The translations under genes were made by a program, and so were the position numbers. Shown piece after piece: positions 41,620 to 54,600 of a DNA stretch of 64,000 nt. The stretch comes from Bigelowiella natans CCMP2755 (lineage: Eukaryota; Protista; Cercozoa): NCBI GenBank assembly GCA_000320545.1, contig ADNK01003179.1, positions 76,204 through 140,203 on the forward strand, given 5' to 3'. Numbering within the stretch: position 1 is the stretch's first letter; every line of letters starts with the position of its first letter. The notes below the pieces were generated by a model. It was not told the DNA's origin. It did no database searches and worked only from the letters and a program-made list of their open reading frames with translations.

Positions 41620-42480
41620 TAACCAATTATAAAGCTGATGCAAAGTGTGAGGAGGTCGTGCATGCGCAGCAAAAGTCAGGCATCGTCAAGTCAATCAGGA
41701 GAAAACACCTGAACTGCGTGCACGACATCATGCTGCAGAAAGGAAGGAAGATGCGCCCGCTTCCTTTGCTGACACAAAGCAGCTGCAGCGCTGTGCTGCC
41801 CTTGTCGCAGGCACAGAACTCGCCTGCACTGGCAGCCTGTTGCTCACTGCTTGTCGCAGCCTCCAAACGCCCGCTGGCGTTGCTGCTGCTGCCACAAGCA
41901 TGCACTGCCTGCGATTGCAGACATGCATGCAGCTTTGCAACGCAACGTGCAATGTCAGAATGCCAGAAGGTGCATGCGTGATGCGAGCACCGCTAGCTAG
42001 CTAGCTAGCAGACAAACCTCTGCAGCGCGTACGCTCGTCTAGCTAGCCGTTGCGCTGCAGTTTGGCTACGCATCGCATCACACCTCGCTCATGCACATCA
42101 TTGCACAGGGGGGACATCGCGATCGTGTGGACAGACACAGCTAGGCGACATGCGACATGCGACTCGTGTATCGCACGCACATGCATGACGACATGGTGTG
42201 CCGACATGGTGTGCCGACGTGCGCAAGCAGGCGGCTGTCGCGCCATCGGTTTGACGACGAGCAGCGACACGTTTGCAATGACATGCTAGCTAGCTAGCTA
42301 GCTAACTAGCGAAGGCAGCGCAAATGTAGCGCTTGCGCATTCGCCGTTGCGCCATTGTTGCCCATGCTTCATTTGTGCAGTGCTGACATGATCATGCACA
42401 TACTACATGAAGCGGCTGGCGTGTAGATGAGACATGCTACAACATGAGTGGATCTAGTTCGGCTTGATGAACTAGCAAGT
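41620..42480. other. Convergent-junction tract 5 with (TAGC)n cores
   Basis: Positions 42121-42180 contain 2 homo-dinucleotides in 59 steps. (GCTA)n runs occur at ~41992-42009 and ~42285-42310, preceded by (TA)n at ~41547-41580. Lies between the hypothetical gene (+) and the dynein (-) stops. Confidence 0.75.
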
Positions 42481-42643
42481 TTCTGAGTGAATCTAATTTA
42501 GGCAAGTTGGCATTAACTAAATAAAATGCTATGACGTCGCATCTTCCTATGGAACTTACTATTATCGGACAAGTATATAAAAGATCATAGTGAAACTAAA
42601 CTAAGGCAAGATCTTTATTTCATTTCGGTTTTTATTCCCCGCT

Positions 42644-45600
42644 TTACATCGGAACTTCCAGGAGCATAACCACTCCCGACAATGTCCATTTATCTGGGTG
42701 GTATTTAGTCCTTAGCGTCGCGTCAAAAACGTACGTGGGGCCTCTGAACGTTGTCTTGTAGCATGGGCACGTGTAGACGCCATTAGTCTCCAGCTTTTCT
42801 CTCAAGATAGCCCTGCAGACAATCACGGGCATCCTGTCAAAGAGAACACGCGGCAGGCATTCTTCCAAGCAGCTTTGCTTCGAATCCCACCGCGCAGCCT
42901 CGAGCCATAGGCCGGTGACATATGCTCCGTCACGTACTGCTGTCTCAATCTCCTCAGGCTGTTTCCTAGTGACGTCGGTCATGATAGTGAGCTTGTCGAG
43001 CTCCTTCTGTTGGGTCTGCGCAGTGACCTGCATGATGGATGTGAGGAAAGACTGCGGGTTGAAGCACAAGCTCAGATCAACGACCACTGGGATGCTCGTA
43101 GGCTCCTCAGTCCACCGTGAAAGCTGCTCTGCCCTTTCTAACAAGTTTTCAAGCCAGTCGGCCAGATTGCGTAGCGAAGGGTAAGCTTTGGCTGCCCAAT
43201 TGTCGGGCACACGGTTGAGCTCTAGCGAGGCGGCGAGGTTCTCCATACGGAGGGACATCTGGAGTTCTCCCTTCATTCCGAGTTCAAGCTCCTCGAGCGA
43301 GTTCTTCATCTCATCGCGCAGAAGGTTCATTCGGTCACACTCTTGAAGGAACACGTTCTGATAAGGGCCACGCTCCTCAGCGCCGATACGCGTACTAATA
43401 TCCTCAGTGTCATATTGGATGGGCTTGACTTTCTCTAGGATACCGTTGAGCAGGGTTCTTACGGGGTTTTCGTCCTCTTTGCTCTCGGCGCCACCTCCAC
43501 TCTCATCGTCGTCGTTTTGACCACGTGGTTGCAGTTCCTGTACCACAGAGAACAAGTTGACACCCTCCAGTGTACGCACAGCAATCTCGGCGTTGGGATG
43601 CATCCCGAACGCCACTGGCGACTCAACCTGGAGGTACTCGTCGATATAAGCGAAGTATTCGTCGTAAGGGAGGGGTTCAGGAGATGGGAATTTCTCTTCA
43701 GGATAGCTCTCACTGAAAGGGAACAGCTCCATACCATCGAGCAGCTCCTGCTTGAAGTAGAAGCGCATGTATGTCATATTAAGCCTTCGGTCCCAATCAT
43801 CGGTAATGTGGCCTCCATACAGAATCTCTCCGAAGATGTAACGTAGGTCAGACCATGGGATCTTGTCGCCACCGCTGCCACGCTCGAGATAGTTACTGAG
43901 GACTTGGCCAGAGTTTTCGAGGTCTCCGGTGTTGAAGGGGTAGCTCCTGTTCCAACCCTTTGGACCGAACTTGCAGCGCTCTATGATCACAGCGTGATAG
44001 TGGCAAAGCGCGAATAATATCATCTTGACCTTGCCGTCCTTGTATTCAAACTCCTCCTTTTCGAACGTGGCAAATGCCCTCTTCAGGTTTTGAACGAGAC
44101 CTTGAGGAGGCTCGTTGGTAAGCTTAATCGATCGCTCAAGAAGCCCGATAGGGATCTGCTTGCTAGGCTCAGCGGAGAGGAAGAGCCTAAAGTCAGGATG
44201 GTAGGCATTGGATGACGTGTAGTCATTCAGCTGCTTCTCGAGTTCGCCAGTCCAAGAAGGCATCAAGTGGATGTTCTCCAAAATGACCCAGTGACCTTCC
44301 TTCACACCGATTGCAAGCTTGCGCATGGCCACCACGTCTTGTCCCTCCCCGAGAGCTACTCGATGCCATTTCTTCGGGAAGTAACCACGCTTGGTTCCAA
44401 TATCCTGCAGGTTCACAACAGGATCGGCCCCCGGAGATAGGATGAAGAAGATAGGCGTCGTAACCGCAGAGTCGTCGAGCGAGCGCTTCAGAATTTCTGT
44501 GAAGGACACTCCGGCATCACACTGTACGTAGTCGCGTCCATCTGGAAGGGTCTTCTCGGCATAGAGGTTCATCGAGGCCGTGAGGCGGTCGGGTCGAATA
44601 GCTCGCACAACAAGCATATGCATGAAGAAGTCTTGCTGGATGAGCTTCCTCCAATTAGATGGCAGGGGCAGCACCTCAGGTCGCGGCTTGTTGTACCATT
44701 CCTTAAATCGGTTTGGTGACGCAAGAACATCCGAAGCAATAGATTCGAAACCCTTGAGCTCGGCTAGAGCGTTCAGACAAGCCCAGGCATTTTCAGGAAG
44801 CCAAGAGATTGATGCTGGCTGCTCCTCACCCATCTTCTTCGGCCCTTGCAGGAGGAAGTTAAAGTAGGACAGGTTGAACTGCACCTTGAGGTCAGGTGAG
44901 CGTCGGCGCATAAGCTTAAAGAGCAGCTGAGCAACGAGGATCAGCTTGTGCCTGGAGAAGGTTCCACGGTTCACCCAGCGGAAGATCGTAATTCGGATCG
45001 TCTTCTTGAGCGCTGCCACTCGGAACGTGACATCGTTGGGGTCTTTGGGCTTATCAGCGCGGTCAATCGCCTTGAAGAAGAAGGTTGTGAACGCTTGCAA
45101 CGAGTATTGATACATGTGATCAATGGTCCAAAGCTGCATAAGAAGGAAGTAAATCCACGAAGCTTCTTGAGCAACGGGTCGGTACTTGTTTCTCGCCTCG
45201 TTGATGAGGACCTCGGCCTCCTTGGCCTCTGAGACCTTGTTCGCAACCTCGACGGATTTCTGCTTGGTGAGCTCCAGACCGTCGATGAGCTCGATGTTGT
45301 CGAGGATTGTAGCGGGATCTGCAGCGTTAAGCATAGCGAGCAACTTGTCCTCGAGCTGCGCGAGCTCGATGTTGTACTCGTTGATCGCTCGCACAAGGCC
45401 TTTCTTCTTTTCCTCAAGATCAGGTCGCTCCTTGTTTACGACAAGGGCAAGGAGCTGATCTTCAAGACCAGTCTCAGTGACCATAAAGTTGATCAGAGTT
45501 GTCTGTGCAGCAATCTCAGGCTTGTAATGCGGATTGGGCAGCTTCGTCTGGATCACGAGCTTGAAATTGAGGTCGTAATCGACCATCTCGCCCAAGTTGA

Positions 45601-48600
45601 TTTGGGCGGTCTTGCCACCTCGGCCCTTGACGATCTGCTGCGCGACAACAGGGTCGAGCGACGCATCAAGATTCTCGAGGATCGAGTGCAAGTACACGGT
45701 GTAGCCGTATTGTACTCCATTCTTGACGGTTCGCATCCAGTTCTTGGTGTTCATCGTAATCTTCTTCATCTCTGGATAATGGTTTTCGATCCACTTTGCT
45801 CCCTGAAGCTGTGGATCAATCATCAGTGGCCAGCGCTTACACTGGCAGATGATTGCTGCGTTCTCGAAGGAGTTACGGTCGGCGGCAAGGCCCTCGTTCT
45901 GCCACTGTGCAAACTGCGAATCGTTGGCAAGCATCTTGAGGGGGTCAAGTTCATCACGCATAGGTATCTGTTTCTTTTCGAGATCCTTCATCCAAGTTTT
46001 ATTCCATAGATGCGAGCGAAACTCGGCGTTGAAAGCCCCGATGTACGATACGAACGCAGCGGACAACATAACGTCACCGATCATGGTGTCGGCTTGTTTC
46101 TTATATTCCTGCACGGTTTGTCCCCAACGGATTTTCTCTCCTGCGAGACCTCCTACGAGACGATCAGCGGTCGCGAGCTTATCCTGGCATCGCTTAGCCT
46201 GAGCCTCGACCGCGGCTTTCTCACTCTCAGCGTCCTCCTTCGCCTTAACAGCAGCATCAAGGGCGGCCTTGAGGGCGGCGACCTTGGCGTTCAACTCTGC
46301 AACCTGGTCAGCAGCTGCCTTAGCTCTAGCTTGAGCTTCTTCAAGGGCCTTCATCTTTGGAGCAACATCCTTGTAGACCTTGTAGAATCGTACGATGTTG
46401 ATCACCCATCCACAGAGATTTGCAGCGGCCTCGGATTTGTTCATCATAGTCTCGACCGTGAAAACTTCTTTCGCAATGAGTTTGTCCGCCTTAGCGACAC
46501 GGTCCTCTGGGATGGAACGTCCGTCGAAGTTCTTGAGCTCTTCGATCAGCGCACCTGGGTTTCCGAGAAGCTTTTTACCGCTCTTCCACCCCGGTGACCA
46601 AGGCTTTCCATCTTTTCCCAGTAGGTGAGCGACGGCATCGGTGACGAGAGGAGTCCCCGATGGAGGGTTAGTAAACGACTTAAACGTCTGGATCTGCTTC
46701 ACCTCAAGACAGTCCACTGCTTTCGTCGCGGCCTCGAGAATCGGCTTCACCTTATTGAGGTCGTCTTGACACTGTGCTTCGAATGCTTTCGCCTCGTCCT
46801 CTATCACTTTTGCCTTTCCTGCCTCCTTGTCGGCAATAGCTTGCTCGCGTTCTACGACGTCCTTCTTCTCGTTGGCGTCTTTAATCGCTATGGCAGCTGC
46901 TACCTTCTTCTCCTCAACGATCACCATAGTCCTCTTGAGGTCCTGCTGCAACTCGGCAACCTTGGCACCCGTGTTGGCTAGGACGTTGATACCTTTCTCA
47001 AGGCGCTCGATCGACTTGTCAATCTCAGTCTTACTTTTCTTGTAAAGGGCTTTGTAGAAAGCGATGAGCTCGAGAAAGCTTTTAGGAGTTGTGTAGAAGT
47101 AGCGCTTCTCCTGCTTGAGATACCTGTCGGAGGCCTTCTCGACCGACAAGTGGACCTCGGCCATGTGGCTCGAGACCTTAGGTAGAAGCTCTGGGCGGGC
47201 TTCAAACACAGGCATGTTGGCGATGAAACGCTCAGAGACTGACTGGAGCGCATCCCTAGGCCAAGGATGGAACCAGTCGATTTCGGTACAGTTGATCAAA
47301 CCGGGGAACTTGCGGCAGCGTTGGCGCATAACATCTCCGACAGGCGAGAAACAGAGGATAATGTGCAGGTTCTTTCTGACACGGGAGATAAAGAAGTCCA
47401 TGAGTGCTGTAGGATCGTCTGCGTAACCTTCTGCCTTTGCTGCCGAGCGCAGGCTGCCACATATTCCCTCGAGATCCTCTGGAGGGAAAAGGTCAGGCAC
47501 GTAACCCGAAGAAAGAGTATCGTTGATGTACACGAGCCACTTGTCATCGACGATTTGAGCGTCAGTGAGTAAAAATGAGACCTGTTGGTTCTTCTCTCCA
47601 GTTTTCTTGTAAAGCGTCTGCAGGTCGGTTTTGAGATCTGCTTCGCGGTAAGTTTGCGTGACCTTAATCTGGAACACCTCGTATCCGCAGATCCCCTTCG
47701 AGGCCAGGCGGGAAAGAGACTGCTTACCGCTACCACCGACACCAACCAGCAATGCATTTCCCCGATCCTGTTCGACAATTCGCACGATACGTGTTACATG
47801 CTCCATAGCCATACCGAAGAGGACGAGATCCATGGCTGCATTCTCTTCGTTGTACTCTTCCAACTTGCTATCTAAGACTAGGCGAAGCTGGGACATGCCC
47901 GGGCTCCTCAGGTAAAGAGTTCCACCGCCCTGCTCGAAAGTGGTGAAGATAACCGGTTCATCTTCCCTTTTGACTACAGCTTTGCCGTCTCCACCCGCAG
48001 CAGCAGCAGCCTTTTCCTCCGCAGCCTTATCAGCTTCCTTGGCCGCACGAACCTCTTCAACGAAGTATTTGTTCTTGATGTTGGCAATCTCTTTGTTGAA
48101 AGAAACTATATCTTCCTTGCTTAAAAGGCGATCGTGATAAACACGCATGCATTCGTGCTCGAACAGGTGTAACATGAACGTAGGAGTGGACTTAGTCTTC
48201 TCCGAGCGGCAGACACCCTGGAAAAGCTTTCCGAGTTCGCGCATGTTGAAGAGGTAGTGGAACTTCACGGAAGACGGAAGGAACTTATCCGTCACACGCG
48301 AGTGAATGTCGATGCACGCGTCGACCATACGCTCGCCCATATTTCGCACCTCCTCCTTGAACTCCCTCATGTGGAAGGTAAGAATCTGCTTGAAGATGCC
48401 CGTGAGCGTGGCCTTGGAGGGCATCATGCAGCCGATCGTGGTGAAGTGTGATTGAAGTCGAGGATTGATGGTGAAGGAACCAGCCTTGGGGTTCATCGAG
48501 GACACATAGGAAGTATCCACTATCGTCTTCTGGTCGAGTGCTTTGGTATCGTACCAAACCCCATAGTCCATGTGCTGACGGATCAACTCGCTTGTAGACT

Positions 48601-51600
48601 GCGTGTCGTACTTGTCGACTTCCTGCATGTTGATGTCGTCGATGTAGTAGATCAGTCTCTTGGGGACGGGAGGTCCGAAGGTGCGGCCCTGCCGCTTTGT
48701 GATAGCAGATTCAAGAATGTCCTTGAGGGCGGGCGCATCAGTGTAGAAGTTGAGATTGATGGTCTTATACACGGTCTTTTCATCAGTCTCGTTGCGGAGA
48801 TAGTTCTCCAACATGGCTGTCTTCCCGGTTCCGGCACCACCAACAAGCATTACACCCCAGCATTGCTCTCTTCCAGGTCGGTTTGGTTGGGCGCCAGGGG
48901 TGTAGGCAGTCTTACACAAAAGATCCACGATTCTTGTCACGCGAAGCGTCTCGTCAGTTGGAACGAAGACTTGTGTCACCAGTCTGGCGTTAGCCCCTGC
49001 CTTGTAATCAGGCACTACGCTGTCCCACTCCTTCATCAGGCCCTTCTGGTCAGGGAAGAATGAGAACACGTCGAAGGGTTTCTTAGGATCGGAAGACTTG
49101 TACTCGACGTCCTTCTTGTGCTTAACCTTCCACCAGGAGTTGAATCGCCTGCGACTGTCGTTATTCTTCTCGTTGATGTTCATACCTCCAAGAGACCAGA
49201 CCGCTGCGTAAGCAAAGGCGGCCTCCAGATAGGTTACGACATCGGGATTATGTAGCAAGGTTCCAGCTTCCTCAAGCTGAACCTTGTTCATGCCTTTCAG
49301 GAACGTCTTGTTCATCTCATCGAGGAGACCTTCCATCAGGTAGCACAATGATTTCATCTTGGTGATTTCACCGACGGGAACCACAGGGTCCGTCTCCCTA
49401 CGGATCTCATATAGATCGTCAAAAGAGCAGTACTTGTTGAACAGTCCACTCAGGTGAGATCGGAGCTTGTCATCCTTCTTGCCGGTAGGCGCGAAGACTT
49501 GCTGCTGCAGCCAACTGTCGAGGAAAGGCTTCGCACCAACATCCCCGGGGTTAACGTACAGAATACCAGCCCGCGAGACGGTCGCCGGGGTCGCATGATT
49601 CAAGTTCGCGACTTCAAAAAGCATTCTCATTGCATCTGAGAGAGGGATACGCTCGTTCGATACGAGCGTCAAGACCTTGTTGTCGTCCATGACTGTGTTC
49701 AGCGACTCAATCCATTCGGCATCAACGTCTCCGTCGAGGACGATCCACTTAACATTCTGCTCCTCCTTGTATGGTGGGTTGTTTCGCGCCATATCACGCA
49801 TGATCGTAGAAAGGATACCGTCATGCCACTCAGTCTTGGTGAGGTAACCATAGAGGTCATTGTTGCGAACAGCCTTCGGGTTTAGCGGCATGAAGACTAC
49901 CTGACCGCCCAGAACCTTGTTGGCTTCAGCGAGACAGTTCCAGATCTTGGTTTTACCGGCGGACGCAGGTCCGATGATGAACACGGAGTGACGAATGTTG
50001 AAAAGCTCCTGCATCTCGACGACCTTGTCAAGGAAGCCGGTCTCTGGCTGCAGCTTCATCTGCACAGCAGCTACTTTACAGGCATTCACGAGATCTTCGT
50101 CCATAATACGCTTGACGTTGGATCGTCCAGGGAACAAGTCGGAACAGAGCTGTCGGAAGATCGCCTTATCCTCCTGCACGAGCTTCGGCAAGTTGAAGTC
50201 ACGCAGCGCGCGCATGAGGACAATGTCCTCCTCCGTCCCTGGCGGAGCAGCACGTTTGAGGCCACCGGCTACGCGCAGGACAGCCTTGGTCGCACGCAAA
50301 CCCCAGTCATAGAACCTCTGCTGCGAAAGAAGCTCCTTGGAGAGGTTGTACAGAGTTGTGAATTTGTATGCGAGCACACGGGCGCCTCGGAAACCTTCAG
50401 ACATGAGCATATTCTCGCAAATCAAACGAGTATCGGGCACAACCATCGCACATGGACGGAAGAGCGCCTTAAGGTTCTCAGGCAACTCAGTACGCCCAGC
50501 GTAACCGGGGTTCATCGTGATGAACATACCGACGGTGGGGATCAGCTTCAGGGAGTCTCCCATCAAATCAAACGTTTCTGCATTGGTCTTAAGAGCGTTA
50601 AGCACGCACGTCACCTGCGTTGCGACGACGGAAAGGACCTCGATACGGATACGGTTGAACTCGTCGAAGCAACCCCAAGCTCCGACCTGCGAAAGGCCTT
50701 TGTAGATTGCAGACATCGACTCGACGTTCATCTGCTCCGAGCAGTTGAAAACGTACACGGGGATTCCCACACCACGTCCAAGATCCTTAACGGTCTCGGT
50801 TTTTCCTGTTCCAGCCGGTCCTGCAGGAGCACCTCCCATCTTGAGAGTTAGCGCCTGCGAGAGTGTGATGTAACAACGATCGGTAAGCGGGGTAATGACA
50901 AGACGACCGGTGTTTCCAATATACTCAAAGGAGTTGTGGAAGGTGGAGTCCATAATCTTGGTCGCACACACACGCTTCTCCTTGTCCCAGTAGTAGCGCA
51001 TTTGGCACTGCCAGTCGAAGGCTTCGTTGTCCTGGACCTTGCGATCGATGAGCATCTGTACAACATCGCGACTGTGGACGTCGATGGTGATGAGCGTGAT
51101 AACCTTCACACGCTCCATCTTGTTCAGCTTTCCTAGAACCAGGTCGATCAAGTGCGAGAGACGCTCGTCGTACATCTTGAGGTAATCTTTCATCGCAGTC
51201 TCGTTCCCTTCTGCGAGGGCCTCAAACTGAGCCTCGACTTCTTCCGTCCAGACCGTGAAGCTCGCAGTGAGTGAGTTTTGGGCGGAGAAGTCAAAAAGCC
51301 ATTTGTGGCGCGGTTTCTCGTGCCAGTGGTCTGCCTCAAATTTGGCAATCGAAAGCTTTCTGACCATAGTCTCGTTGTGATGTTTGACGAGGTTGCGAAG
51401 CCAGGCCTCGACCGCACCTTTGCACTCATACGGCTCGTGGAATGGGATGTACTCCTTACCGGCCTTCGAGTACATTCCTGTCGCAAATTTGGTGAATGGT
51501 GCCTTTTTCCACTCTTCATACAACTTATTGAACCACTCATGTTGCTTCTCATCGCTCTGGCCAGCGCAATACTTCTCCGCCAGTTTCTTGGACGCGCTTC

Positions 51601-54600
51601 CCTTTTTCCAATTCAGTTGCCAGAGATCGCCACCAATACGGAGGATCTCCTCAAACTCCTTTAGCTCAGGGGTACTGAGGGCCTTCTCTTCCTTCTTATA
51701 CTGTAGCCGTATCACATTGTTAAAGCAGTCTCCCAAATGCTTTTGGATTGCCTGGGGATTTCCTCCATTCGAAAGGATGTCAAGCAATGCAGCATTGGAA
51801 ACGAAGTAGAAGCGAGGGAAAAACATACGCTTTACCTCAAGGTAGGCGAAAAGAGACTTCTCACACTGTTCGAGCCCCTTCTTCATCTCATCAAGAAGGT
51901 CTTTTCGCTTCTTGTCGTTGAGTGCATCAGTCACGAGAGGCGTCTTTACAACCTCCCCCATTAACTTGCGGAACTTAGCATCAATCCCTTCAAAGCGGGC
52001 GGCGTCCTGGGGCAGCTGTTTCCTGATATCCTCGGAGCCAATGAAAATAGTCTCGAGAGATCCCCAGTTTGCCTGCACCTCTACCCAGTCGTTGAACACG
52101 GATTCGACAGTACGAAGGCAGTCCGTCCAGTAGTCGACATCCTCCCGGAAGAACTCGACGTTCTTTCCCTGTGCTTGCATGGTCTGTAGGGAGGCCATGT
52201 TCTCCTCGAGCGCGATTGTAAGATCTTCCGATGCAAGAATCATGTTCACCCCGCTCTTGTGCTCTTGAAACTCCAGTTTCATATCGGCCCAGGTGGCTTT
52301 GATCTTGGCCAGCTGGACCTGGATCTTGGCCTGTTTGTCAGCCTCGTCGACGATGTCGCCTACCACCTCCTGGAACTTATGGAGTTCGAGATCGAGCATG
52401 TCCTTAAGGCAGAATTTGGGGCCCATGACAAAGTGTTTCTTAGTTTCCTTCATCAGTCGATCCCAATGTCGATCTTTCATTGACTCTGAGTGGAGATCGC
52501 TGATTAGCGGCAGGATGACCATCATATTCTTAATCTTGTCGTCAAGTCCCATGTACGCCTTGAACTGCCCACACTGTTTCTTGAACTTGCGGAACTGCTT
52601 CTGCAGCTTCTTACATTCCTCCCCAAGTTTCTCCGCATCGATATCGTGCCACAGGGTCTTTTCCCAGTCAGTGAAGGTCCAGTGGACGAGGGAAGCCATA
52701 TCCCAGATAATCTTAAGGCTACGGTTCTCGTTGCGGCATAACTCAATCTTCCTCTTGTAGGCAGCACTTTTTACCTCGCATTCAAAGAGTTTTTCCTCGC
52801 TAGTGAGCATGTCGATCTTGGTCTCGACTTCATTCAGTACGGTGTACTGATCCCCCATACTGATGAAGGCAGCCTCAATGCCTTTTTCGAAATTGAAGGC
52901 GTCCTGATTTTGGAATTCCCGCCTCACAGAGAGGACAGTATCGAAGTAGTCACGGACTCTTGCCCTAATCCTCTCAGCTTCTGCGGTCTGAAGTTTCTGA
53001 ATACTCTCGCTAACCTTATCGACTTTGTTACAGGTGGCCTCCCATTTCTGTGGGGCATCGGTGAGAGCTTTATTATCCTCCTCGGAGAAAGGACGGCCAT
53101 ACTTTGTCAGCAGCTTTACTGTAGCCCGCATTGGCTCGAACATATTCTTCACTACGTGCTTTCGTGTGCGAACTGTTTGGATGTAACCAAGCACGTCCTT
53201 AAGCTCCTGCGATACATTTTCAGAATCTGGCGACACTTCCTTCAGTCCTTCGTTAACCTGTATTTGTTAAAACAGCCATCATAATGTGTATGCATGCATG
53301 CATCATGTGTGTGCGCGTGTGTTTTCGTCGTTCAATGTAAAGGACATATGATTCAATCTAACACAGTTTTTTGGCTTCTTTTTCTTCTTCACCACCTCGT
53401 TCATTTGCATCTCGACGTTGTTGAGCTTGAAGGTGACCTCATTGAAAAGATAGGAGGTGAAGTTGTTAATGCGTTTCGCTACCCAATCCTCGAGCGAATT
53501 CTTTATTGGTGTGCAGTCAATTTTCAACCATTTAACCTCGACCGGAGTAGGCATAGCCTCGACATCCGCGCGGTACTTTCGATACTTGACAATCTTCTTC
53601 TCGAAATCCTTAAGCTCGATCTCACTCTCCACCATCGGGCTCATGGCTTTTCCATCATTTGCCGTCGTCCACTTTTCCTTCTTCTGGATCAAGAGTTTCA
53701 TGAAGTCCGCGAACTCATCTTCGAGCGCGGAACCCCAAAGCGGCTCGAAAGCCTCATATTCCTTTTGAAGCTTCGTGCATTCGGCGCGTACCTTGTCTAT
53801 CACAAGATTGAGAGCCTTCATCTGCGCTTTTACGCTGGTCTTAATTGTACCGCGCTTCTTATCGAGGAAGATCTCAACTTCAGTCTTATTGTCGACCAGA
53901 CTGGAAAGATAGTCTTTTTGATCGGAAAACTTCTTCATGACAGACCCAACCTGGAAAAAGTCTTGCGCCCAGGCTAATACAATCTGGAAAACGTCCTTGG
54001 ATTCAGGATCATCTTCGTGTTTCAGGTCGTCGTAGAGAGCGTTTAGCTCAACCTCCTTCTCATAAAGCTCGAGTTTAATAGAGAGAAGAGGGTTCACTTC
54101 GCCCTTTGCGAGCTTCTTCTCGTCGAATTGGTCGAGAAGCTTCTGTATGGATACGATCACATTCTTACTCAGGTAGAAAAGAATCGATTCCTCCACATAC
54201 ATCAGGTAGTTCTTCCAGATATCGGAGCCCTTGTCGCACTCCATCGTCTGGCAGGTTTTTGCCAGTAGCTTCGCGAACTCTCGCTGCTTAGCATCGAGGT
54301 CAACAAGACGACCCTTCTCCTTTTCACTGGCAACATTCAGTAGCATATCTGACTGTGCCTTAGAATTGACAGTCTTAGCTTTTCTCTCGAAGAGTGGGAC
54401 AACTGCGAATTTGTCGAGCATGTCCTTTATCTTGCTGAAGTTGTCGTGCATGAGAACCACGCGGTCATAGATCTCTTGCGTCTTCTTCAGGTTCCTGTCA
54501 ATAAACTCACGCGCGGTGTCGGAGTTCCAGTTGATCGTCGTAATGCCATCCTCTAGCATGGAGTCGATGTTTTTGATCTCCTCGGAGATCAAAGGGTACT

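Noticed and set aside
41627-42289. Cys/Ala/His-rich ORFs within the convergent tract
   Set aside because: By-products of the GCAT/TGCA-rich composition; no exon structure or domain.
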